A DNA stretch of 64,000 bases from Methanobacteriota archaeon (GCA_028355015.1 JAOMRN010000001.1:129229-193228), one strand, 5' to 3'; positions 48,200 to 56,084 are shown, counted from the stretch's first letter. Numbers and translations: made by a program. The notes: generated by a model not told the origin, from the letters alone.

Positions 48200-48307
48200 C
48201 TCCTTGTGTTATTTCACTTCTGTGCCCGAAGTTCAGGCCCTGTTTCCTTTCCAACAGGAAGTCATCGTGTTTGCGAAAAAAATCACGTCCGATTACTCGT
48301 CATATTT
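48200..48307 (-). repeat. Leader repeat copy 2 (upstream of micro-protein B)
   Basis: The same conserved blocks are offset by 225-227 nt from copy 1. The hairpin arms are identical and the loop differs by one base. Confidence 0.8.
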
Positions 48308-48405
48308 TCTATGTCATTCTGATTATCATCCGGAAAGAAATCCACTAGATTCTCTCCAGCAATTGCTAAGTATGCTAAACGCCATAAAAACTCTTTAATT
48401 CTCAT
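48283..48405 (-). CDS. Possible third micro-ORF (40 aa) overlapping the stop of the membrane-protein gene
   Basis: Translation is MRIKEFLWRLAYLAIAGENLVDFFPDDNQNDIENMTSNRT*. Its 3' end occupies the same position in leader copy 2 that the 3' end of peptide B occupies in leader copy 1. Confidence 0.25.
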   Translation of the reverse strand: MRIKEFLWRLAYLAIAGENLVDFFPDDNQNDIENMTSNRT

Positions 48406-49534
48406 TATGTTCTACCTCATCCTCAACCCAGACAGGGCGATTCATCCATACGAATACGATCAAAATCGTTGCTAATCCAATTACAATAAATGTCGAAAAT
48501 ATTGTACCATCAACAATCCACGCTACTGCTAGAATTGGATTTGAAAATAATCTGCCTTGATTTCTCGAGTATTCTCTAGGGCATCCTTCTAAATTTAATT
48601 TTTCAAACCCCCATTCAACTTCTTTTTTGAGAATCGGGAATAACACGGCTGTACCTCCGGTTATCATTACGATTCCAAAGAACCATGTAGACTCAAATAA
48701 CAACATCAACGCTGAAATAAAGGTTATAATCAAACCAATATTCACAAGAAATCTATCTTCAATTATACGCTCTAATATCCCCGGTACAGCAGCTCCTATC
48801 AATGTAGAGATAGCGATAATTCCTCCAAGCGAAATTATCTCGGGTTGGTCTGAAATCGCTATAGTACCGGTAAGAATAATCACAAGTCGAGAAATAGATA
48901 CACTGTTGTTTAGAAATCCCTCAAGGAACGCCAAGATGGCTGGATACTGAAAAGTATCGACCCACCTAAGATGATTTTTTGCTCTAGTTTCTTTTCCGTC
49001 AGAAATTATATCTTCTTCTCTTGAGATAATTATTAATGCGAATAAAAGGAAACTCAAAGACAGGATCAATAGCAGCCCAGAACCTAACCATTCAACAAAG
49101 AAAGCCGCAGCCATAATCAAGATTATTCCACTTGCTTTCTCAAAGCAATTCCAGAGCTTAAAATTCATATCTGATTGGTGCTGGAGTTTGTAGAAAGCTG
49201 GCCAAAACGAGCCCACATAGAATCCTGAGAAGACGCCTCCACAGAGAATAAAGATCAATTCTTCAAACTGCCATGCACAAATGAAAAATAAGAAAGAAAT
49301 AACTCGTAATTTCACCGAATTACTGATTATATTCCAATTGAAATTAATATTAGAAGCATTCAACAACCCTGATGTTGCAGTAGCCGCAATCAACATTGTA
49401 ATATTTAGAGCAAGCAGTCCTATATCTCCACTTATTTCGTAAGCTAATTTGTACCCCCCTATCGTCCAACCTGCCTTCTCTGCCGCCTGTATAAGCCATC
49501 TAATCCCATATATCTTGATTTTTCTATTATTCAT
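48395..49534 (-). CDS. Polytopic membrane protein (transporter-like, about 10-12 TM helices)
   Basis: 379 aa, almost entirely hydrophobic helices with one central charged loop ('SREEDIISDGKETRAKNH'). This gives an MFS-like two-halves layout, judged from topology only. Confidence 0.45.
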   Translation of the reverse strand: MNNRKIKIYGIRWLIQAAEKAGWTIGGYKLAYEISGDIGLLALNITMLIAATATSGLLNASNINFNWNIISNSVKLRVISFLFFICAWQFEELIFILCGGVFSGFYVGSFWPAFYKLQHQSDMNFKLWNCFEKASGIILIMAAAFFVEWLGSGLLLILSLSFLLFALIIISREEDIISDGKETRAKNHLRWVDTFQYPAILAFLEGFLNNSVSISRLVIILTGTIAISDQPEIISLGGIIAISTLIGAAVPGILERIIEDRFLVNIGLIITFISALMLLFESTWFFGIVMITGGTAVLFPILKKEVEWGFEKLNLEGCPREYSRNQGRLFSNPILAVAWIVDGTIFSTFIVIGLATILIVFVWMNRPVWVEDEVEHNEN

Positions 49535-49535
49535 T

Positions 49536-49760
49536 TCTTCACCTTTTTATTGTATCTATTATGTCATACCTAAATTTATTTTTACACGAAAATAAAACTT
49601 TTTTTCTTATCTTATCTATTATGTAATACCTTAGTTTTTGAAATCTCCGAAGAGAGAATCCTTCTTAAGTCTTTTATTATGTCATACCTAAATTTATTTT
49701 TTAATAATTGATATATTTTTTTCTTTTCATATCTAATATGTATTACCTTTTAATTAAAGT
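49536..49760 (+). repeat. Four direct ~59-bp tandem repeat units in the divergent intergenic region
   Basis: Core (T)ATCTATTATGT(C/A)ATACCT(A/T)A.TTT starts at 49557, 49617, 49675 and 49734 (spacings 60, 58 and 59). Units 1 and 3 share the identical stretch ATTATGTCATACCTAAATTTATTTTT. Each core is preceded by a T-rich/CTT tract. Confidence 0.85.
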
Positions 49761-49767
49761 TATAAAT
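49760..49767 (+). promoter_or_regulatory. Candidate archaeal TATA box for the RNA polymerase gene
   Basis: TTATAAAT is centred about 30 nt upstream of the ATG at 49795, with no Shine-Dalgarno sequence. This geometry fits a (near-)leaderless archaeal transcript. Confidence 0.3.
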
Positions 49768-49794
49768 CAGATATCTTTCCCAGAAAATGTTAGT

Positions 49795-52700
49795 ATGGAT
49801 AAATCAGAAGAAATTACCACCAAAGTCGTAGTTGATAACGATGAAGTCAGTATCAGTAATCTCATTCAGCTCCTTTCACTAGAAATTGCTAAAGGCACAG
49901 AAGAAAATGATTCATATAAAGGGGGCATTACTCAACAAGATATTGAAGCGTTCAAGCAGGAATTTTCTTCTAGTCAGAGATTTGACCTACATCTCATAAG
50001 ATCTTGGATAAAGACCTTGAAACAACACCAAAATAAAGAATCAGAAGTCTCTAGACGCGAATATTTCAATAATAATTATGAATCATCACTAGGGAAATTG
50101 TATGAATTACCTGAAAAAGAACCTGAAAAATCTTGGTATGATTGGCATATTCATGAAGGGCATAAACTTGGTTATCAACTAGAAGATTTGATGCACCTGA
50201 AATCTGATCTAAGGATTCTACGCCCCAAAAATGATTATTTATTTAAAGTCGCTCTTCAATCCCGAGTAGAAAAAATGGCGGAAGGAAATAGCTCAATTAA
50301 GATATTAGATGGTGATGTACGAAGGCGTGAACAATCGCAATCTGATGACACATCAAGGAAACTTATAACTTCTTTTTCAAAATCATTCAATAATGTGTTT
50401 TCAAATAAGATGGATAAATATGTTGTTCATAGTAACGGAACATCGAATACTTATTGTAACCTATCTATAAAAACCATAGAAGAAATCATTCAAACTTCAG
50501 ATGAAGAGGGGTTATTTGAGAAGATATCAAAAGTATGTGTCCGATTACTAATTAAGGAATCTAGAGAAAAAGAGAGAAAGTCAAGATGGGACAGAAAAAT
50601 GAAAAAGAAGACTGAGGGATATACTAAATATACGGATATATGCCTTATTGAGAAAAACTTTATCATAGGATTGTCGGAATATATCGAAGATAAATTAAAC
50701 AAAGGGTTTCAAAACAAAAAAGAAAGCCTTCAAGAAGATGGAAGATGGATTGGATTGATAAATGCTGACCAAATAAAATTGAATAATACCTTTCTACGCG
50801 CCTCGAGGATTTTTTCACAATTAATAATAGCAGCATTAAATTCTGAGGGATGGATTCAAAGAAGGGCGGGTACATATAATGATTTTTTGTTACATTTACC
50901 AGTCGATGATGATGACAAAGAATCAAAAAATAAGGTGTCAGGACAACATAGAAATATGATGTCTTTTTCTGATAAATTGAAAAAAGAAGTTGCCCCTTGT
51001 GAACTTAGAGATTTTAAAACACGAGAAGAAAATGCAATATTTAGAGTATTAAGGAATGACACGCATAGATACATGTATTGCTGCCCTAGTGATCATAAAA
51101 TTAGTCCTGAGAAAACATCGGGTGGCTACATCAATACAGATTCTAAATCCGGTAGCTCTGTTGGGCTTACTGTTACTAAAGAAAAAAAGATTAGTAAGAT
51201 TACTAATAAATCCTCTCTCTTTTCTTGTAGTAAAAAAAGGTTCGAATATAATAATGAATCTCTCAGAGCATTAAATATTCTTCAAAAAACACAATGGGAA
51301 ATAAATTATGATTTATTGCAGTTTATATCTCTATCAATTGATACTGAGCTTCAGGGTACCTCTTATGCGGATATTCAATTAAAAGAAATATTTAGAAAAT
51401 CATTCTATTATGATGAAGAAATTGAAAACATAAGAGATAGAGATAGACGTAGGTTTGAGAATATAGAGAGGCGTAAACGTTTAACATATATTGGAAGAAT
51501 CTTGAGTCATAATGCCAATGTATTTTGGCATTCATGGGCCTTTGATTGGCGAGGAAGATTAATTGCCAGAGCTCCCATTTTAAGTCCACAAAAATCAGAC
51601 ATCGATCGTTCACTGATTCGATTTAAGGAATGGAAAGAATTAGGCATTAATGGATGGAAATGGTTCAGGATATTTTTATTCAATTTTTGTAAAGAAGATC
51701 CTTATTGGCTCGATGACCAACCGTCAAAATCATTTTCTAAAGATGAAAAATGCAAATGGATTGATAGGAATAAATTAAGAATCAAATCATTAATTAATAA
51801 TATTGATGACCCTAAGGTAATCGCATATCTCGATTTAAATAAATCTCCAATGCCTAAATCTGAAACTTTTCAGAGAATTTCTGTATTGCTTGAATATAAA
51901 AGAATATTAGATGAATACAATGATAAAAAAGATTGGTCCAAAGTTACCTCTGGGCATCCAATTCACTTCGATGCTTCTTCAAATGGCTATCAGCATCTCT
52001 CTCTTCTAATAAATAATAAGCAATTAGCAAAAAAAGTTAACGTTTTACCGAATGAAGTAAAGAATGATATCTATCAAGAAGTTGCAGATCAAGCGATAGA
52101 GAATTGGGATAATAATCAAAGTAAACTTAAAAAATATTTATTAGAAAACTTCAACGAATTAGATAATGAACAGCTTAATTCTATCAAAAATTCTGTTTTT
52201 AATAGAAATTTAGCTAAATTACCTACTATGACTTCTATTTATGGTGCTAAAGACTATGAAAGTTGTTTCATTGGAAGTAACGGAAAAGGAAAACCTAAAT
52301 TTATCAAATCAGGAAAAGTTTGGGTTTGTTGCTGGCATGAAGATTCTCCAATATATCAGAATTTAAGTAAATTAAATAACATAAAATTTTTAGGTCCCAA
52401 TGGATATTTTTCTGAAGATAAGTTTGTTTCTCCAGATAAGAAAGTTTTGAGGCAAAATATATTTGTTGAAAATTTGATTACAGATTATAAAAAATCAATT
52501 GAAGAAGTCACAGGCGGTGCATATGAGCAATTGACTCAGAAATTAAAAAAACTTGTTAATAAAGGCAAAAAACCAGATATCAGTTGGAAACTAGATGATG
52601 GTTCCCAGATTTGGCATTATTATCCAGCGAAGCAAGTAGTTACTAATTATGATTCAACTTCATCTCTAAAATTACTTATCGATACAGATGCTCTGAATTT

Positions 52701-53718
52701 TTCACCGAAGAATAGGGTTGATATTTTACATAAATTAAATGAGTTATCGCACATTTACCCTATGTGTAAGATCGATGATAAATTTATTGAAGAAGCAATA
52801 ATGAATTACAATAAATGGGTTGGAAATGACGAAGATTTTTTTGGAAAGAAAATTGTTGAACTTAATAATAACCTATACATTGGAGAACCTACTTCTTCTA
52901 AATCTAAGTTGCCATGGAAGATTTTATCTCTAAGGTCAGAGGATATAATTTCATTAAAGGAAGTAGATATAAAATTAGAGAAAATCTATAAAAAAATTGG
53001 TAATACAAAAAAACCAGTAAAAAATGAAAAAAAGAAAAAAGAGAAGAAGATTCTACTTAAAAAGTTAGTAAATGAGCAGAGAAAATTAAAAGAAGAAAAA
53101 AAAGAATTAGAGAAATTAATTGATGAAGAACAAACTGATAGCGAGAAAGCGGAGTTAGAATTCCAACGCAGTAATGAAATTCATAATTATTGGGCGGCTA
53201 TATATTATCTCTTCAAAATGTACCCCAAATCTTCATCACAAGATTTACTCAGAGCTATAGAACAACATATGATTCGTAAATTAGAAGATTCCGATGATGA
53301 ATTTATCAAAGCCTGTAAAATGGCGTTTAATATATCGACTAAATGTAATTTCATTGATTATGATGGTAGGGCAGATAAAAGAAGAATTTTATCTGGAATT
53401 TCCCCTAATTTCATACATTCTCTAGATGCTTATCATATGAGATCTTCAATTATTAAATTTTCTGAATCTGTTAAAAACCCATCAATTTGGGCTGTTCATG
53501 ATTCCTTTGGAACACATGCCTGTGATATAGGAAGTTATATTGAAGTAATCAAAGAAATGTTTTTGGGAATGCATAAAGAAAAAGATTTGAACAAATGGTG
53601 TGAAGAAATATCAAAAGAAAATGGCATTGAAGTCAAAGAAGATTCAATTGGGGATCCAGATTTTCGTAACGAGTTAATTAATGGAGAAATTCAGATATCT
53701 GATTTTTTCTTAAGTTGA
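49795..53718 (+). CDS. T7/T3/mitochondrial-type single-subunit DNA-dependent RNA polymerase (about 1307 aa)
   Basis: 'WAFDWRGRL' (DWRGR at 51544-51558) matches T7 'DWRGRVY'. 'IHFDASSNGYQHLS' is motif A, with the Asp codon at 51970-51972 (T7 'DGSCSGIQHFS'). 'LAKLPTMTSIYGA' is motif B, with Lys at 52216 and Tyr at 52240 (T7 'TKRSVMTLAYGS'). 'SPNFIHSLDAYHMR' (53401-53442) matches T7 'APNFVHSQDGSHLR'. 'WAVHDSFGTH' is motif C, with Asp at 53500-53502. The C-terminal 'SDFFLS*' resembles T7 'DFAFA' and mitochondrial 'YFFS'. I prefer the ATG at 49795 over the TTG at 49708. Confidence 0.9.
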   Translation: MDKSEEITTKVVVDNDEVSISNLIQLLSLEIAKGTEENDSYKGGITQQDIEAFKQEFSSSQRFDLHLIRSWIKTLKQHQNKESEVSRREYFNNNYESSLGKLYELPEKEPEKSWYDWHIHEGHKLGYQLEDLMHLKSDLRILRPKNDYLFKVALQSRVEKMAEGNSSIKILDGDVRRREQSQSDDTSRKLITSFSKSFNNVFSNKMDKYVVHSNGTSNTYCNLSIKTIEEIIQTSDEEGLFEKISKVCVRLLIKESREKERKSRWDRKMKKKTEGYTKYTDICLIEKNFIIGLSEYIEDKLNKGFQNKKESLQEDGRWIGLINADQIKLNNTFLRASRIFSQLIIAALNSEGWIQRRAGTYNDFLLHLPVDDDDKESKNKVSGQHRNMMSFSDKLKKEVAPCELRDFKTREENAIFRVLRNDTHRYMYCCPSDHKISPEKTSGGYINTDSKSGSSVGLTVTKEKKISKITNKSSLFSCSKKRFEYNNESLRALNILQKTQWEINYDLLQFISLSIDTELQGTSYADIQLKEIFRKSFYYDEEIENIRDRDRRRFENIERRKRLTYIGRILSHNANVFWHSWAFDWRGRLIARAPILSPQKSDIDRSLIRFKEWKELGINGWKWFRIFLFNFCKEDPYWLDDQPSKSFSKDEKCKWIDRNKLRIKSLINNIDDPKVIAYLDLNKSPMPKSETFQRISVLLEYKRILDEYNDKKDWSKVTSGHPIHFDASSNGYQHLSLLINNKQLAKKVNVLPNEVKNDIYQEVADQAIENWDNNQSKLKKYLLENFNELDNEQLNSIKNSVFNRNLAKLPTMTSIYGAKDYESCFIGSNGKGKPKFIKSGKVWVCCWHEDSPIYQNLSKLNNIKFLGPNGYFSEDKFVSPDKKVLRQNIFVENLITDYKKSIEEVTGGAYEQLTQKLKKLVNKGKKPDISWKLDDGSQIWHYYPAKQVVTNYDSTSSLKLLIDTDALNFSPKNRVDILHKLNELSHIYPMCKIDDKFIEEAIMNYNKWVGNDEDFFGKKIVELNNNLYIGEPTSSKSKLPWKILSLRSEDIISLKEVDIKLEKIYKKIGNTKKPVKNEKKKKEKKILLKKLVNEQRKLKEEKKELEKLIDEEQTDSEKAELEFQRSNEIHNYWAAIYYLFKMYPKSSSQDLLRAIEQHMIRKLEDSDDEFIKACKMAFNISTKCNFIDYDGRADKRRILSGISPNFIHSLDAYHMRSSIIKFSESVKNPSIWAVHDSFGTHACDIGSYIEVIKEMFLGMHKEKDLNKWCEEISKENGIEVKEDSIGDPDFRNELINGEIQISDFFLS

Positions 53719-53725
53719 AGCTAAA

Positions 53726-54820
53726 CTATCTTTCTCTATCGTCTATCTGAAGGCCAGATTTCCCTCTTAAAATTCTAACCCAACCGGTTAATACTCCCAT
53801 TCCATAGTTCCAATGTAATGTGTAAGTTGCTATTGAGGACAGAAAGATAGTTTTCTTTGTTTTACTCGGAGAGTTACCTTTCCAAGATCCATACCATGCT
53901 AATAGATTATACAATAGAATTAGTGTTGGTAATGTATGAACTCCTAATCTAGGTAAGCCCATAGGTACTGTAGATAATCGAATATCCCAGAAATCAGGCC
54001 ATGCCAATCCTCCATTTACTAGACCCCAGAAAAAGAATCCAAATGCTGCTATAACTATTGGAGGAAAAAATGCAACTGCTGTATGCGTAGGTGCTCTTAG
54101 TTCAGGGTATTGATGACTGGCTAAAGTTCTCACAAGTCCATAGTTCCTAATTTGTTTCTTAACTCTTGAAAGGTCTCTTCTTCTATGCCACATAATGGCT
54201 GTTCTATCTGTCCATAGTTTCTTTCCAGTCATCCTGATTCTATGATCAAGCATAACATCTTCAGCTCCTATTGCGCCTTCATCAAATCCACCAATTTCTT
54301 CAAGAACTGAACGTCTATATGCACAATTAACTCCTGGAAGTTGGTTGACTTCATCTAGGTCTTTCTTACCTACTTTACCGTAATTAGTTCCGGCAGTAAA
54401 TATTGTACTACAGAATGCAACATCAATTACTTGTTGCCACATTGTTGATTCATCAACTGGGGCAAAATTAGGGCCCCCTACTCCACTTACCTCTTCTCTA
54501 GAAAACCATGATACTAACTTTTCAACCCAATCCTTGGGTACAATTACGTCATCATCTGTGAATAGTATAACTTCTGATTCAGTAGCATTGATTGCAATGT
54601 TACAAGCATCTGCTCTAGTTCTAGAACCTTCATCATCTATGAATTGAATATTATTTTTTTCACAAATTTTTTTCCCTGGGTCATTTGTAGGTCCAACTAC
54701 GACTATTTCACAGGGTCCTGAATAGGTTTGATTGCTTAACCCTTTTAGGACAATATCTAGTTCTTCATGATTCCTAACACTAGGAATGATTACAGTGACT
54801 GAGTGATTACTCACGACCAT
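53726..54820 (-). CDS. Family 2 glycosyltransferase with C-terminal TM region
   Basis: 364 aa with 'VTVIIPSVRN', 'ILFTDDDVIVP' (DxD) and a hydrophobic C-terminal third. Confidence 0.8.
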   Translation of the reverse strand: MVVSNHSVTVIIPSVRNHEELDIVLKGLSNQTYSGPCEIVVVGPTNDPGKKICEKNNIQFIDDEGSRTRADACNIAINATESEVILFTDDDVIVPKDWVEKLVSWFSREEVSGVGGPNFAPVDESTMWQQVIDVAFCSTIFTAGTNYGKVGKKDLDEVNQLPGVNCAYRRSVLEEIGGFDEGAIGAEDVMLDHRIRMTGKKLWTDRTAIMWHRRRDLSRVKKQIRNYGLVRTLASHQYPELRAPTHTAVAFFPPIVIAAFGFFFWGLVNGGLAWPDFWDIRLSTVPMGLPRLGVHTLPTLILLYNLLAWYGSWKGNSPSKTKKTIFLSSIATYTLHWNYGMGVLTGWVRILRGKSGLQIDDRER

Positions 54821-54858
54821 GCGTAAGCGTCAATGCTTTCAATAACATCGATGAACAA

Positions 54859-55608
54859 TCAAGGATCATTTGTAACTCTTGGAGCTAAGAAGTAAACCCA
54901 ACTAGCTCCTCCGTCATTACTATTCCAAGTAAGCCGCAAAGGATATTTATCTTGGAATTCTAAAGTTACAGCATCAGTTAGTCCGCTAGCAAGTTTTCTT
55001 GTCAGAGGGTCTAAAAATTGTAAAGAATAAGTTGAATGAGTAGGGTTTGGGGCTACCAATTCGCTTAGTTCTCCTGCATCAAATCTAACATTAACTGATT
55101 CACCTGCTTCTACCGTGACGGACACACTCATTTGATTTGTATCTAAACTCAAATCTACTAATTCGCCTACGAATTTTGCAGCTCTTAATGCATTAGATAA
55201 TTTAGTCGGATCAATAGTTGCTTTGCTATCGAAAGTTAGTTGAGGCATCTTAGGTTCATTCATAGTTCCTGTATCTAATCCTCTTAAAATTCGATGCACT
55301 GCGCCCACTCTCACATTAATTGCACCTATTGCTTCATCATAATCTAACTCAACTAAATCAGAGGGTCCCGCAAGACTCAATAAATCTCTTAATTTAGCTA
55401 GTTCTAGACCTATTTCTACCGGTTCAACCTCATATGTTTCAAAGCAAGCATCTCCTATTGTGGCAGATAATAATGCTACATGTGAACCATCTACTACATT
55501 GATGTGAAGTCCATTCTCACCCCACACTAATTTTGCTTCTTCTGTTAACACAGAAAGCAAGTCTACTATTTCCTTCATTAATTGCGTGTTTGCTGTGACT
55601 CTCAACAT
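54859..55608 (-). CDS. pcn: DNA polymerase sliding clamp PCNA
   Basis: 249 aa. It is colinear by eye with archaeal PCNAs ('...SLQFLDPL...', C-terminal 'YFLAPRV'). Confidence 0.85.
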   Translation of the reverse strand: MLRVTANTQLMKEIVDLLSVLTEEAKLVWGENGLHINVVDGSHVALLSATIGDACFETYEVEPVEIGLELAKLRDLLSLAGPSDLVELDYDEAIGAINVRVGAVHRILRGLDTGTMNEPKMPQLTFDSKATIDPTKLSNALRAAKFVGELVDLSLDTNQMSVSVTVEAGESVNVRFDAGELSELVAPNPTHSTYSLQFLDPLTRKLASGLTDAVTLEFQDKYPLRLTWNSNDGGASWVYFLAPRVTNDP

Positions 55609-55709
55609 AATGCCGCCCCTTTCTTAACTTACCCTTGACTGCTGGTTATTCATGCTTCTGTTTGAGCAATTAGTTATTTAAGAATAGATTTCATTCTTTT
55701 TTCACTAAT

Positions 55710-56084
55710 TTATTGATACTCTCTAAACTTATGTCCACATTCAGAACAAGTGCACATTTTTGTTTCAGGTTCATCAGAAGACCTAGTTTGTTGCATCCAA
55801 ACAAATATCTTTTTACAATCACACTTAGGGCATATATAGCTGTCCTCATACAAAATCCCTCTAGCTTTATCTTCCCCGCGAGTCCTATCATCTCTTTCCT
55901 TAACTTCTACAGATGTTATCGCTGCTCCTAGGTTAATTGTTTCTCCTGTCATTGGGTCAGTAAATTCTGCTCCTTTCCCATCTTTTCCTGCTAGAGGGCC
56001 TTCATAGCCACACGTATAATTGGTGCATCTAATATTCCCATTTGCTTCCATAAAACCTAACGTACCACATTCTGGACAAAACAT
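55710..56084 (-). CDS. tfs: Transcription factor S / RpoM-like zinc-ribbon protein
   Basis: 124 aa. It has an N-terminal 'CPECG...C..C' ribbon and a C-terminal 'CPKCDCKK..VWMQQTRSSDEPETKMCTCSECGHKF' with the acidic SDEP loop. Confidence 0.75.
   Translation of the reverse strand: MFCPECGTLGFMEANGNIRCTNYTCGYEGPLAGKDGKGAEFTDPMTGETINLGAAITSVEVKERDDRTRGEDKARGILYEDSYICPKCDCKKIFVWMQQTRSSDEPETKMCTCSECGHKFREYQ

Noticed and set aside
48066-48254. The 62-aa ORF as listed in the track (MERKQGLNFGHRSEITQGGEN...).
   Set aside because: Its first ~21 codons run through the conserved leader, hairpin and Shine-Dalgarno sequence shared with the upstream region of micro-protein A. Only the last 41 codons are homologous to peptide A, so the short form is preferred.
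49536-49760. The regular ~60-bp periodic repeats looked superficially like a small CRISPR array.
   Set aside because: There are only four units. The repeats are degenerate, the inter-repeat segments are themselves similar and T-rich, the repeat is not palindromic, and no cas genes are in the window.
49708-49794. N-terminal extension of the RNA polymerase ORF from the TTG at 49708 (MIYFFLFISNMYYLLIKVINQISFPENVS).
   Set aside because: It is translated from tandem repeat units 3-4 and is low-complexity and hydrophobic. The first ATG (49795) follows a TATA-like element at the appropriate distance.
45294-53718. Calling the island a provirus.
   Set aside because: No capsid, portal, terminase, integrase or DNA-polymerase genes are recognisable. 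Only the RNA polymerase has a phage flavour. The origin of the island is left open.
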